The position numbers and the translations under genes are program-made. 64,000 nt of DNA from Alloascoidea hylecoeti (Eukaryota). Of the stretch, positions 1-11,254 are shown piece after piece (the first letter of the stretch is position 1; each line of letters starts with the position of its first letter). Location: contig BCKZ01000012.1 in assembly GCA_001600815.1 (NCBI GenBank), forward strand, positions 609,546 through 673,545. The letters are read 5' to 3'. The notes under the pieces were generated by a model that made no database searches, was not told the origin of the DNA, and worked only from the letters and a program-made list of their open reading frames with translations.

Positions 1-564
1 ACATCAAATTCACTCCTACGCGAAGTAATTGAATCAGATGTTGATCAATATTCATCGGCACCTAAAACTACAACCGGACACGATCAACATGTTTTAGATA
101 ATGTTATTCAAAATCAAGCAGATGATGTTATGCAATCTGTATATCAAGCTATAACGTCCCCATCATATGAAACAATTCAACAGAGCAGTAAAAGATATCA
201 TAAACATCATCTATCATCATCAAGTATCGTTTCCATGGCTAGCTCTGTGGACGATGGACTTTTGAAATCCGAGCTCTCTTCTGACCATGAAAGTACTTCT
301 GTAAATAATCATGGTGATAATGAAACAAGTCCAATATTAATACAAGATGAAGATTCAAATATATATACCCTTCCAGATTATGATTTAAACTCATATCAAC
401 TTGATATAATTCATAACCTAAATGAAATCGATTGGAAGAAATATCCAATATTTTTAAAAGTTTCAGCAGCTCATGCTGCCTCAATTGTTAGATATGAAGA
501 TCCAGGTTTTGAAGATGGTAAAATTGTCATTAAACATTGGTTAGATAACGTTTTAAAAATATAG
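1..564 (+). CDS. C-terminal part of a DUF676 putative serine esterase/lipase (Lpl1/Rog1-like); 5' end lies outside the window
   Basis: Frame is open from base 1 into ORF 130..564. The C-terminal motif WKKYPI..AHAASIVR...FEDGKIVIKHW resembles fungal DUF676 lipases. Confidence 0.7.
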   Translation, partial: TSNSLLREVIESDVDQYSSAPKTTTGHDQHVLDNVIQNQADDVMQSVYQAITSPSYETIQQSSKRYHKHHLSSSSIVSMASSVDDGLLKSELSSDHESTSVNNHGDNETSPILIQDEDSNIYTLPDYDLNSYQLDIIHNLNEIDWKKYPIFLKVSAAHAASIVRYEDPGFEDGKIVIKHWLDNVLKI

Positions 565-712
565 ATCTTATTTTATCTTAAATTTTTAGAAAAATAGGAA
601 ATTCGGATTGTTAGGAGATTTGCTATAGATATTAGATACAGCTAAATAAAGCCTATAATATATAGCCTATAACTAGAATTATAAAATCATTATTATCAAT
701 TTATTTCGAGTA

Positions 713-1039
713 CACTCCACCGAAGTTCGCATATTGGAGGACTTTTCGTCGCCTAAATATGTGTATTTTCGAAATGCGAAGAATTATATATTGGTCATCC
801 AGGTGACACCTAAATTCGCTTTGTATTTTTAGATTATTGAGCAGAATATTTGGTATTAAGTTCGTCTTTTAGTTTGACATATGTGTGAGTATACTTTCAC
901 CGTTTTATAGAGAGAATAGTCTGTTTCTTAGGTGACTTTTATTTAGTTACTCTGTGCTCTACTATTTCGTCAAATGCACATAGTGAGGCGACGAAAAGCT
1001 CCTCCAATATGGCAAACTCAAAGTGAAAAAACTGTAGTG
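713..1039. mobile_element. Degenerate MITE-like element (Tc1/mariner-type, TA-flanked)
   Basis: 713-775 (CACTCCACCGAAGTTCGCATATTGGAGGACTTTTCGTCGCCTAAATATGTGTATTTTCGAAAT) is an imperfect inverted repeat of 964-1039. TA lies at 711-712 and 1040-1041. No ORF inside. Confidence 0.65.
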
Positions 1040-1448
1040 TACCTCGTTATAGGCTATCAATATACGTAGCTTATAATTGTGTACCTTATAGGTGCTTGAC
1101 CGTTCAATACATATGATCCCGTGGCAGGTAGTTTATTGATTAACATGGCCTAAGATTTAGTTTAAAATATGGCGAAATCAAATAGAATATTAATTAATAG
1201 CTGTGAATATATAATCCAAAAATTTAAATAGGTTACAATCCTTTAGCTTAAGATATAACTTATAATATATATTTATGTATTCGATAAAAAATTATAGAAC
1301 AGAAAGGGTTAAATAGCTTATTTGACTTAATCCTAATATGAAATAATTGAGGAACATTTTTGAATCAAGAAGTTTCTACGATTCTAAATTTGCGCGTATT
1401 CACCAAAATGACGAATAATTTTATTTATTTTATTACTATTTATTGTCA

Positions 1449-2136
1449 CTATTTTTTCTTTCCCTTTTCACTTTCTGCAATCTTCTGGCGTAGGACTATA
1501 ATAACGTATTAGTATTTCCCGACAATATTGACAAAATGGCGTTTAGCTTACCATCTTCAATTGCTCTAAGATTATTAACTTTAGATGCAATTATTTTTTC
1601 TAACTCAGTCGAATCTGTTTTTAGTTTATCCACCCTCTGTTGATAAAATTTTATAGCATCTTCTTTTCCCTATAAGCAACTCATGTCAGTATCAAGACAG
1701 TCAACCAATACAAAAAAGTTTCATACCTTTTCAACGTAGTAACCGGTACCAACATCAACCATATATTTTTGATTATTTATAATTTTTCCAGGAACGTAGA
1801 GAGAGCTTGTCAATGGAACAAGAAGCTTTTTTCCTAATTCATCAAAGAATTTAGCAACAACAATTAAGGATCTATAATAGTAGTAACCTTACCTTCATTC
1901 TGTGTTTCTGAAGTTCTTTTGATATTTTGAATGCAATCTAAAAATTTCTGATTTGCTGTTCCTAATGATTGTAAAGAAATGGTGAATTGTTCAATATCTT
2001 GCTCAAACTGTTTCTGAATCTCTGCCAATTGTTGGGGTGGCAAAGACGATAAATCAACTAAATATAAAATTATAAATTATTAGAACACATTATATTTAAA
2101 TTTATATAAATGAACCTTACCCTTTGTTTGTGACAT
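1449..2136 (-). CDS. GIM5: Prefoldin subunit 5; 5 exons: 2136-2121, 2057-1893, 1833-1727, 1669-1552, 1495-1449
   Basis: Manual splicing gives [31 protein letters not shown]...[17 protein letters not shown]...[13 protein letters not shown]...; all four introns are GT..AG, 56-63 nt. Confidence 0.93.
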
Positions 2137-2252
2137 TGGATTTTTCAAATATGTAAGTTTTTAGATCTGAAAATTAAAGGTGGACGATAATTAAAAGGAA
2201 CCAAACCTCCATTACCCATCATCACCACGCTTCAGCTTAATATTATCAATTT

Positions 2253-3140
2253 ATGTCTCAGAACAAATCAAGCGTAGAAAATATCCTTGCTAACATAAAG
2301 AAATTGAGGCAAGATAACTATGGATCCGATCTCCTTAAAGATACCGATGAAGACCCCACTCCTGTTGTTATTTCCTCTCAAAATCAAAGTACAAGTTCCT
2401 CATTAAAGAGAAAACCGAGCACAGAGTATAACCCCACACATAAGATAGTCCATATAGATACGCGACTAGTTCCAAGCTCGTCTAGGCCGGGGCCCAAAGC
2501 TGTTGGATACAAATCTATAATAGTCAATAAATCACAGAAAGGAAATCCTCTACTGAACCATATTAAGAATGTGAATTGGGAGTATGGTAGCATTAAAGCC
2601 GACTATGTTTTGGGTGCTACCACTTGTGCTTTATTTCTAAGTTTGAAATACCATCGATTGCATCCTGAATATATTTATACTAGAATGCAAAAATTAGGTA
2701 AAGACTTTGAGCTGCGTGTTATATTAGTAGTTGTTGATATAGAAGATCATGCTGCTTCTCTACGGGAATTAACGAATACAAGCATCACTAACGGTTTCAC
2801 TATTGTTCTATCATGGAGCTCGGCAGAAGCAGGAAATTATCTATCGTTATTCAAACAACAAGAAACGGCAAAGCCAACGTTAATCAAGGGGCAAACAAAA
2901 AATGATTTTAGGACACAAATGACATTGTTCTTGACTACAGGGAAAACCGTAAATAAGACCAATGCTCTTAATTTGGTATCAAATTATGGAAGCCTACGAA
3001 AGGTCATTGAAGATGGCGGGAACACATTTGAGATGATAGAAGGTTTGGGACAGCAGAAGGCGAAATCATTCCACAAAGTTGTCACCGAACCCTTTATTTA
3101 CAACAAGGTGTATCCTTCTGATATAAAAAACCCAAATTAG
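2253..3140 (+). CDS. RAD10: Rad10/ERCC1 nucleotide excision repair endonuclease subunit
   Basis: ERCC1 central domain QKGNPLL...DYVLG..TCALFLSLKYHRLHPEYI followed by an HhH-like tail. Confidence 0.93.
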   Translation: MSQNKSSVENILANIKKLRQDNYGSDLLKDTDEDPTPVVISSQNQSTSSSLKRKPSTEYNPTHKIVHIDTRLVPSSSRPGPKAVGYKSIIVNKSQKGNPLLNHIKNVNWEYGSIKADYVLGATTCALFLSLKYHRLHPEYIYTRMQKLGKDFELRVILVVVDIEDHAASLRELTNTSITNGFTIVLSWSSAEAGNYLSLFKQQETAKPTLIKGQTKNDFRTQMTLFLTTGKTVNKTNALNLVSNYGSLRKVIEDGGNTFEMIEGLGQQKAKSFHKVVTEPFIYNKVYPSDIKNPN

Positions 3141-3232
3141 TTTTATTATGTGATGTGGGTGCATGGGTGTACTAATTATGTTAAACGAAAATTGAAAAGT
3201 TTTTTTTTTCATTTTATATAATTTCCTTAACC

Positions 3233-5965
3233 ATGGGCAAGAGAATTACTAGGCTAAATGCCTCTAATAATGCTCCTCAAACAAACCGCACTTCCAAGAG
3301 TAAATCTCAGAAAAAGAAGGAGTCTAATAGATTACGGAACAAGGTATTAAATGCTTTCGAAATAGCAGAAAGAGCTGAGGAACGAAGTGCACGAAATGCA
3401 CGTGAACATGATAATGAAAGTGATGATAATGATTCAGATGACGACAGTACTTACATAAGAGTTGGACCAGATGGAACGATCCTAGGCAGAGGAATGAATG
3501 CAGGTGATAGTGAAGAGGAGGAAGAGGATGAAGATGAGGATATTGATAGTGATGAAGCTATGGGCTCTGATGATGACTATGATGCTATGGATTCTAAATT
3601 TTCACAGACTGCAAGAGACGGCAATCTGAATGAAGGATACGATTCTATTGATGAAAATGAATTGGTTTCTCTATCCCAAGCTTGGGATATGAGTGATTCT
3701 GAGTCAAAAGCTGTACCCAGTAATGAACTTGTTTTAAATGATAATGATGTGGAATCCCAAAGCGAGGAATCTGAAGGTTCGAGTGAATCTGAAGATGGAT
3801 CAGATTATAACTTTGACGAAGAAGAAGAAGAACTCCCAGAGGGTGAAACTGATGAATCCGAGCCTGAAGATTCTGAACCAAATGATGCTTTATACAGCAG
3901 TATTTCCAAGTATGCCGCTACCAGCTCGAAAAAGAACGAAGTCGCTAGAAAGAAACTTCAAAATTATCAAGTTACTGAAAATGCAGATGCTCTCCCTGGT
4001 AAAAGCAAAAAGTTAACACTTGCTGATATGATGGAGTCTGTCCCAAGTAATAAAATAAAAGATGGTCTTAGTCTTTTAAAAAATAAGAGGGGGGTAATAG
4101 CCACACAGCAAGTAGCTGTTCCACTGCCAAAACGTATTCAAGATAGATTCGATAGGAAAGCAGCATTAGAAATTACAACTGAAGATATTAATAAATGGCA
4201 GGATGTTGTTACAGAAAATAGAAATGCAGAAGTTTTAAGTTTCCCAATAAATCCAGAAACCGCTCATGAACCAAAAACTTCTTTTACACCGAATGCGCCA
4301 ACTACTGATCTTGAAAAAAAGGTCAATTCTCTTCTTAAAGCCTCATTACTTACTGATGATAGAAAAGAAGCTCAATTTGAAGATTTAGCGGTAAACAAAC
4401 TCTCCAAAGAAGAAATGATCAAACAGACACAAAAACTAAGGCAAATGAGAGAACTCATGTTTAGAGAAGAACGTCGTGCCAAAAGAATTAAAAAGATAAA
4501 ATCTAAAACCTACAGAAAGATTCATAAAAACGAACGAACGAGAAATCAACAATTGGTTGAAGGGGACCTTGTAGATGTTGATGAAAATGATTCTGCACGA
4601 GCAACAGAGAGAATGACCTTAAGGCATAAAAATACTAAATGGGCCAAAAATTTGGTCAATAGTGGTCTTTCAAAAGATAAAAGTAATCGATCTGAATTAG
4701 AGGAAATGCATAGACACAGTGAGGATTTACGACGAAAACACATTAACAATGATGATGAAAGTGACAGTGAAGAAGAAGTTGCTGATTTGGAATCAGACGC
4801 TGAGGAAAATGAAGAAATAGAAAAACTGAAGGAAAAAACAGGAAAAGGAGTTTTGTCTATGAAGTTCATGAAAACTGCAGAAGAAGCAAAACGTGCTCAG
4901 AATAAAGCAGAAATGAAAGAATTAAAACGTTTAGAATTAGATGAAGATGATTCTGAAGATGAAATTAACAAAAATACATCTGTTTTAGAAGTCAAGAATG
5001 CCGGTAGGCGTACCTATGCCCCAGGAATGAGAAGAGGTAACAAAGAAGTTACTGATATTGAGATGGCAGCGTCTGATGAACGAGAAGAAGATGATAGTAA
5101 ATCATTGTCATCTAAGATAACCAAGAAATTTAGTAACGAGAAGGATAGGGAAGCAGATTCTCAAAAAGTTACAGGATCCGAAATCAAAAAATCTGATTCT
5201 AATCAATCAAAAGATAATGATACTGAAGAAGAAGAAAATCCATGGAATATTGAAGACGATGAAGACAAGCCTTTAAAGAAAAAATCTAAAATTCACAGTA
5301 TCGATAAGGATAGCTCCTCCAATTCTAAACGTTTAGCAAAACTTAAGAATGCACTTTCCGAGGCTGGAAAAACTTCCGAATCAACAACAGACAAGAGTAT
5401 AATTAATCTCAATCAATCAATCAAAATTATAGATCCATATGCCAATAATAATTCAGATGTAGAAGAAGAGGATGATGAAAATGAAATGGTAAATTTAAAG
5501 AATATCAAATCATTCAAGAATCATGAAATTTTAAAGCGCGCTTTTGCTGGTGATGATATTGTAGAAGATGAGTTTGAAATGGAAAAAAAGCAGATTATTG
5601 AAGAAGAAGGAGATCAAGAGATTGATGTAACGTTACCTGGATGGGGTTCATGGACCGGAGGTGGAATAAAACCATCAAAGAAGAGGTTCATCAAGAAAAT
5701 TAAGGGTATCGATGCCAATAAGCGAAAAGATGCTAAGAAAAAAAATGTTATTATAAATGAAAAGGCCAACAAGAAGAATGCTAAATATACTGCTTCGTCT
5801 GTTCCATTTCCATATAAAACTCGGGAACAATACGAATTATCATTACAAATGCCAATTGGACAGGAATGGGTTTCAAGAGAATCCCATCAAAGACTAACTA
5901 TGCCTGAGGTAACAGTTAAGGCTGGAAGGGTTATTGATCCTTTGAAAGCCTCCTTTAAAAAATAA
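3233..5965 (+). CDS. UTP14: SSU processome (U3 snoRNP) subunit Utp14
   Basis: Motifs KRIKKIKSKTYRKI, ERMTLRHKN, AFAGDDIV, TLPGWGSWTG, VPFPY...YE.SL..PIGQEW. Confidence 0.95.
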   Translation: MGKRITRLNASNNAPQTNRTSKSKSQKKKESNRLRNKVLNAFEIAERAEERSARNAREHDNESDDNDSDDDSTYIRVGPDGTILGRGMNAGDSEEEEEDEDEDIDSDEAMGSDDDYDAMDSKFSQTARDGNLNEGYDSIDENELVSLSQAWDMSDSESKAVPSNELVLNDNDVESQSEESEGSSESEDGSDYNFDEEEEELPEGETDESEPEDSEPNDALYSSISKYAATSSKKNEVARKKLQNYQVTENADALPGKSKKLTLADMMESVPSNKIKDGLSLLKNKRGVIATQQVAVPLPKRIQDRFDRKAALEITTEDINKWQDVVTENRNAEVLSFPINPETAHEPKTSFTPNAPTTDLEKKVNSLLKASLLTDDRKEAQFEDLAVNKLSKEEMIKQTQKLRQMRELMFREERRAKRIKKIKSKTYRKIHKNERTRNQQLVEGDLVDVDENDSARATERMTLRHKNTKWAKNLVNSGLSKDKSNRSELEEMHRHSEDLRRKHINNDDESDSEEEVADLESDAEENEEIEKLKEKTGKGVLSMKFMKTAEEAKRAQNKAEMKELKRLELDEDDSEDEINKNTSVLEVKNAGRRTYAPGMRRGNKEVTDIEMAASDEREEDDSKSLSSKITKKFSNEKDREADSQKVTGSEIKKSDSNQSKDNDTEEEENPWNIEDDEDKPLKKKSKIHSIDKDSSSNSKRLAKLKNALSEAGKTSESTTDKSIINLNQSIKIIDPYANNNSDVEEEDDENEMVNLKNIKSFKNHEILKRAFAGDDIVEDEFEMEKKQIIEEEGDQEIDVTLPGWGSWTGGGIKPSKKRFIKKIKGIDANKRKDAKKKNVIINEKANKKNAKYTASSVPFPYKTREQYELSLQMPIGQEWVSRESHQRLTMPEVTVKAGRVIDPLKASFKK

Positions 5966-6098
5966 GTAGGAGTTACGTGTATATTTATATATTCAAAATT
6001 TTTAATCTATTAGTTCTTATAAACACTTTAATACTCATGTAAATCTTAATCTTCAGAATTTAAAATGAAATTTGTATCAGATTAACATTTAAAGTAAC

Positions 6099-7047
6099 TT
6101 ATAAAGCCTCTAACCGATCGTCAATCTCCTTGGAACTTAACTTTCTAAATCTTGGTCCAACTGCCTTTTCATATCCTTCGATTTGTAAAGCATTTTCGTC
6201 AGGAGTCGAAATAACTGCAATTTCAACCGTGTCTCCATTCATTTCACCTTCAATAGTTTCTTTTAATGTCAATAGAGCTATGTGAATAGCATCTTCTAGC
6301 TCTAATTCCTCGTTCCATCTTTTTTCTAAAAAGGTTTTGGCAGAGTTACTGCCTTTACCAATGGCTGTGGCTTTCCAAGGAAAATAAGTACCTGATGGAT
6401 CAACTTGATACAATCCAAAGCCATTGTGAGAATCATGTCCAGCAACAAGTAAACTGACACCATAAGGTCGTACACCACCACTTTGAGTAGCTTCTTGCAT
6501 AATTTTGGCAATATCTTGAACAAGTATTCTTGTTGGAGGATACTCATTGTAGATTCGTTTATAGTTGGTATGAGATACTTTTCTAGAAGAATCCACCAAC
6601 ACACGAAAATCAGGGCCAATGCCACTATAAGTCATTCCAATATCAGGAGTTATCAATTCAATTTTGGAGAGAGATTCACTATTTATCAATGGGGATGCAG
6701 ATTTCTTCTCTGTTGCAAGAACTATACCATTTGTTGCTGTAATCAAAATATCGTTAGTAAAAAAAGTTCACCGGACAGCTTGAGTTCAATCAATTAAGTA
6801 TAAGTTTCATTTCTTTAACGTACCTTTAATTCCAAGTGAGGTAATACCCTGGTTCACTGCCTGAAGAGCATATTCGATCTGTACCAGTTTGCCACTAAAA
6901 CATCAATATTAGACTGTGTGACTAAGATTGGAATTGAGGAGGAAATTGGAACTCCAAAAAAGCAAAAGTGCCAAAACATAGAAGGGAATATTCCAGGACA
7001 TACCTGGGATTGAAAGTTGTCAGGGAAAAAGAGTAACGATCCGCCAT
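6099..7047 (-). CDS. PRE8: 20S proteasome subunit alpha-2; exons 7047-7004, 6894-6824, 6736-6099
   Basis: Spliced N-terminus [42 protein letters not shown] joins ORF 6099..6746 (QEATQSGGVRPYGVSLL). Confidence 0.95.
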
Positions 7048-7259
7048 TGTTGAGATTGAAAAAGTTTGGTGGTTGTAGTTGAGAAACTTGAAGATGGAGG
7101 TTGCAAACACCCAACATCCATCAATATTAGAGTATTAAGCTTATACATGTAATTAGATCTAACTATATGGATTTTACATTTCTATTATTTCATATATATA
7201 TATTTGAGAATAGCTCCCTTCAATTAAAAAGATCTGTTTAACTTCAAATGAATTTGTTT

Positions 7260-8005
7260 TTACCTTTGCCTTTCGGGGGAGGGTGATGGAGATTCGTCAC
7301 TATGCTCATCTCTTCCAAGCGACTTCAAATATTTCTTTTGTGATAATTCTAGTTCTCTCACCAGCTGCCGAGGTGGCCTCTTTGCGTGAATGAAATTACA
7401 ATAGCCTCCTCTAGAGCATGATCTTGTGTCGTGCTGTCTGCAACATGCTTCCCTAAAATCTGTAACAGGACTCAGTTCACAATACACTGGTCGACCATTA
7501 TACCACCTCGTATTGAAATTATCCATCGCTTTTTGTGCATCGTTTTCGTACTTGAACCGAGCATATACGTTTCCTTTTAAGTCTATCATAAACACAATTA
7601 GAATCATGTCCAAAAATATAAACAGAATATTTCGTGTATACTTACGGTCATTTGTATTTTCACAAACAATTAATTCCTCCAATGGTCCAAACATCGCAGC
7701 CTCACTATACACATCTTCATAAAAAGCCTCGAAATGATTCTGAACTTGTTCCTCTGTTAATTTGTTATTTTCTTGTAATATAGGGTTCTGATAAAGATTT
7801 GGACATATGATAGTTTGTGAATAAGCTGGTTTGACATGCTTTCTAGAGCATTTTTCACCATGTCGACAAGCTCCGATTTTCAGATAAAACGAACTGAAAA
7901 TTTTACATATTAGTTTCTAGTAGATAGAAATCAATCGATATAGATAACTTACCAGTGCACTTTATCCTGTTCTGTTCCAAAAATGGATGCTAGATAGTTT
8001 GCCAT
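7260..8005 (-). CDS. U2AF1: Splicing factor U2AF small subunit (U2AF35/U2AF1); exons 8005-7953, 7893-7646, 7582-7260
   Basis: [37 protein letters not shown] (CCCH zinc finger 1), UHM with HLKGNVYARF, and ELSPVTDFREACCRQ...CSRGGYCNFIH (zinc finger 2). Confidence 0.95.
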
Positions 8006-8136
8006 TTTGAATATATTTATCTGATGAGATGAGAAAAAGATAATTTCCAAATCTCATAATATCAAACATCCTTACATATTTTTATTTTCTTCTCAACCCG
8101 TTCGTTAGCGTCGATAAACAGATTCAATATTCAAAG

Positions 8137-8984
8137 ATGGGTGTAAGCATTTTCATCATTCTCAACTACATCCTACGTATTTACTAATATTTGTAGAATG
8201 ATGGTGGGTCCATTCCAACAAGACGCGAACTAGTAAAAACGACAAAAACCCTCACAGCATCCCAGTTACACTCCCAACAACATCTGAGCGCTGAAATATT
8301 ATGGTCAACATGTCCCATATCCAAATCTCCATTAGATTCGCCAATACTAAGTGATTATAAAGGGCTTTTGTATAATAAGGACTCTGTTATCGAATGGCTG
8401 ATATCACCAGAAAAATATCCACACGCAGCTGAAATAGCGAGCCATATCAACTCTTTAAGAGATGTTGTTGAGTTACAGATAGCTAAAGATGAGAAAGGTA
8501 GTTGGATATGTCCGATATCATTCAAAAGTGTTGATGTCAAAAATGGGCGAAGATTTGTTTATTTAGCAGAGTGTGGACATGTGTTTTGGGACAAGGCATT
8601 GAAAGAGGTTAATACTGAGAGCTGTCCTGAGGTAAGTTTACTTTATACATCTAGGTATCTTTATTTTTTACTAAGATTTATATCTAGTGTGGCACAAAAT
8701 TCAGTAACGAGAATATCATTCCCATAAATTCTTTACTGGAAAGTGATAAAATAATGACTGAAGAGAGAATAAAACGATTAATCTCAGAAGGCCTATCGCA
8801 TTCTTTAAAAAGACAAAAAGGCAAGAAAAGATCGAAGAAAGATACAGATAATGGAAAGAAGAAAAAGAAGCATAAACATAATGATAATGATAATGATAGC
8901 GATAAAACCAAAAAGTTAATATCGATCTTGCCTGATCAGAGTAACGGCAAATATACGACCCAGCATATCATTAAAACTAACTAG
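8137..8984 (+). CDS. RTF2: Replication termination factor 2 (Rtf2); exons 8137-8142, 8197-8631, 8688-8984
   Basis: Spliced N-terminus MGNDGGSIPTRRELVK is diagnostic. RING-like CPIS...CGHVF...CPEC; Lys-rich C-terminus. Confidence 0.88.
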
Positions 8985-9169
8985 TATAATTATAAGCAAA
9001 CAGTAATGTAGCTACTAATTTATGATATATTGCGAATAATTAGTGTAAAGGTAAACGAAATTGTTAAGTTTATACAATTATTCATTATAAACACTAAAAG
9101 AGAGAGTGGTGAAGTATTCTATACAATTAGGACACTGGTCATAACATTATCAATCCATTCTTTGATTCA

Positions 9170-9495
9170 TTAAGTCTGGTGGGGTTCTTCGATTAACTCG
9201 GCCTGTCGTTTAACCTGTTGGTTATGTTAGAATGATCAATCTTCAGTATAAAAAGAAGAGACTTACCTCTTCCTGTAATTTGGCAGCCTGAGCCTTTCTC
9301 TGTTGGCCATTCTTGTATAACGTGTAAGAAACACCTCCGATCATGTAGACTAGAGTTTGTTAGATTTCGTCTCAATCTGACCAATCACCGAACAGTGATT
9401 TGCAAAGAAAACATACCTGTTGAGCCCGCAAGAACAAGAACCGTGGCTCTGTGAAGAATATCAGCAGCTTTTGTATACCAAGGAGTTTGATACAT
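9170..9495 (-). CDS. COX14: Cytochrome c oxidase assembly factor Cox14 (68 aa); exons 9495-9417, 9349-9267, 9214-9170
   Basis: Spliced product MYQTPWYTKAADILHRATVLVLAGSTVYMIGGVSYTLYKNGQQRKAQAAKLQEEVKRQAELIEEPHQT matches the Cox14 pattern WYT...D..HR.TVL.L.G.T.YM.GG..YTLY.NG. Introns have GTATGT/GTAAGT donors and CTAAC branch sites. Confidence 0.92.
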
Positions 9496-9604
9496 TCTGT
9501 TGGAGTAAGAAGAAAAAATTTGTTAAGAGAAGATGGGATGTCCGCAAATTGGTTGATGTTTCGTAACCTCCACACCACACTTTTTTTTTTTACTTCCATC
9601 AACA

Positions 9605-11254
9605 ATGCACGGATTACGACCGCGACCACCGCAGGCCCAAATAAACCCCCAAGAGAGGCTTACTCCTACGCACACTCCTTTTCCTAACGGATACAATTTT
9701 AATGGCCACGGAGCTTCCAACGGCCAATTCATTCCTCCCCCAGTGACGGTGCCTATTCACACTCCATCGGCCGGTCGACAAACGAATACCAGGCCGATTG
9801 ATAGAACAGCACTTGGTATTCATGGAGTTGGAGCTGTTGGTGTTGAGCTGCTGCCTAGAATTAACTTTTCATTGAAGTCTGGCATCTCTGAAGAGGTTAG
9901 TTGGGCATTATCCGCTTTAGTTCAGCTCTCTTATGGCGCACCACAGCTTGTATCTTTAAAAACTGGCAATCTACAGTTTGTTGATGCGTTGGTTCATGAA
10001 ATTGAAAAAGCCCCTTTTTATAAAACTGATAGTGAATCCGACTTGCTCAAAATTGAAGGTGTTAATGAAGATAAGAAAACTTTCACTCAGAGGCAATTGG
10101 CTTCTGATGCCACGTTGGTTTTACGAAATATATCGTTTGATCAAGAAAATGCAAGAGTTTTGGCCAATATCCCCTTAATTCGTAAAATATTAACAAAAGG
10201 ATTGCTTTTACCCGAAGATGACGCTTCTTTATTCGAGTTCAAAATATATTGTGTTGATATTATTGAATCCATAAGCTCCTATATTGCTACGGAAAATGAA
10301 GATGATTCATTATTTTTAGCTGTCATGATCTCATTAGAGAGATCAGATGATAGAACAATAGTCATTGGAACTCTTCGTGCTTTGACTAGACTACAAGTAC
10401 GGGACGACAAAGGTGCTTCAGCCAACATTTCTCAAGACCTGGTGGACCAAATTACTGCTTATCTTTTAATCCCCAATGATGAAGAGTTAGTTATTGCTGC
10501 TTTAGATTTTATATACCAATATTCCATTAATGGAGGTGATCAAGTTAAACATTTAGTTGGGGACTCATCGTTTTCACCTCGAGGAGAATTCATAAGAAAA
10601 CAATTGATTCGATTATTAACTTACAATATTCCAGCACCAATTTTTGAGCCAATAAGATTACCCCGTCGCACCAAACTTCCAATCCCATCAATTCCGCCTG
10701 AAATTCCTCAATCTATAATAACAGAACTAATCAAACTTCCAGAGCCTGATCGGGCAACCAATTGGATGCGCTCATGTTATGAAGAGGATCCTGAAGGTGA
10801 AGTCACTCAAATCTCTTTATGGCGAGCATATGAGTCACAATTTGAAGGTTATCGTCAAGGACAAAAGCTTTTACCGGCTGTTGATTTCATTAAAAATGTT
10901 TCCAGCGCTTTTAAGGGTTCCGCAGCCATGGTTGTCCAACAACAAAATGGTAACAGAAAATTCATCATCAGAGGTATCCAATTACGTGAGTATGCAATAC
11001 ATCCAGAATCTTTACCGAATGGACCTCCCAATGAAGCACAACAAACTAAACTTTTGATAGCTCAACGAGCACAGAGAATAAGTGAATTACACGAATTAAA
11101 TAGTTCTGCTGCCATGGTTTTGATCAGCTTAGCTAGATCTCCTGAGGGCTCAAAATTATTGCAAGGTATTCAAGATGATTTATGCAATGCCTTGTATATT
11201 TATCCTGCCTTGGGTCAATATATAAATGATATATTAACTGCACTTGAAGCTTAA
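9605..11254 (+). CDS. RSC9: RSC chromatin remodelling subunit Rsc9 (ARM-like region plus RFX winged helix)
   Basis: LSLKSGI.EEV.WAL motif; RFX-type domain PEPDRATNWMRSCYEEDPEGEVTQISLWRAYESQF...LLPAVDFIKNVSSAF...KFIIRGI. Confidence 0.88.
   Translation: MHGLRPRPPQAQINPQERLTPTHTPFPNGYNFNGHGASNGQFIPPPVTVPIHTPSAGRQTNTRPIDRTALGIHGVGAVGVELLPRINFSLKSGISEEVSWALSALVQLSYGAPQLVSLKTGNLQFVDALVHEIEKAPFYKTDSESDLLKIEGVNEDKKTFTQRQLASDATLVLRNISFDQENARVLANIPLIRKILTKGLLLPEDDASLFEFKIYCVDIIESISSYIATENEDDSLFLAVMISLERSDDRTIVIGTLRALTRLQVRDDKGASANISQDLVDQITAYLLIPNDEELVIAALDFIYQYSINGGDQVKHLVGDSSFSPRGEFIRKQLIRLLTYNIPAPIFEPIRLPRRTKLPIPSIPPEIPQSIITELIKLPEPDRATNWMRSCYEEDPEGEVTQISLWRAYESQFEGYRQGQKLLPAVDFIKNVSSAFKGSAAMVVQQQNGNRKFIIRGIQLREYAIHPESLPNGPPNEAQQTKLLIAQRAQRISELHELNSSAAMVLISLARSPEGSKLLQGIQDDLCNALYIYPALGQYINDILTALEA

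Noticed and set aside
7099..7107. GGTTGCAAA as an Rpn4/PACE site upstream of PRE8
   Set aside because: One mismatch in the core of GGTGGCAAA; not supportable without comparative data.
9259..9270. ACTTACCT resembling the U1 snRNA 5' end
   Set aside because: It is the reverse complement of the COX14 intron 2 donor (AG|GTAAGT).
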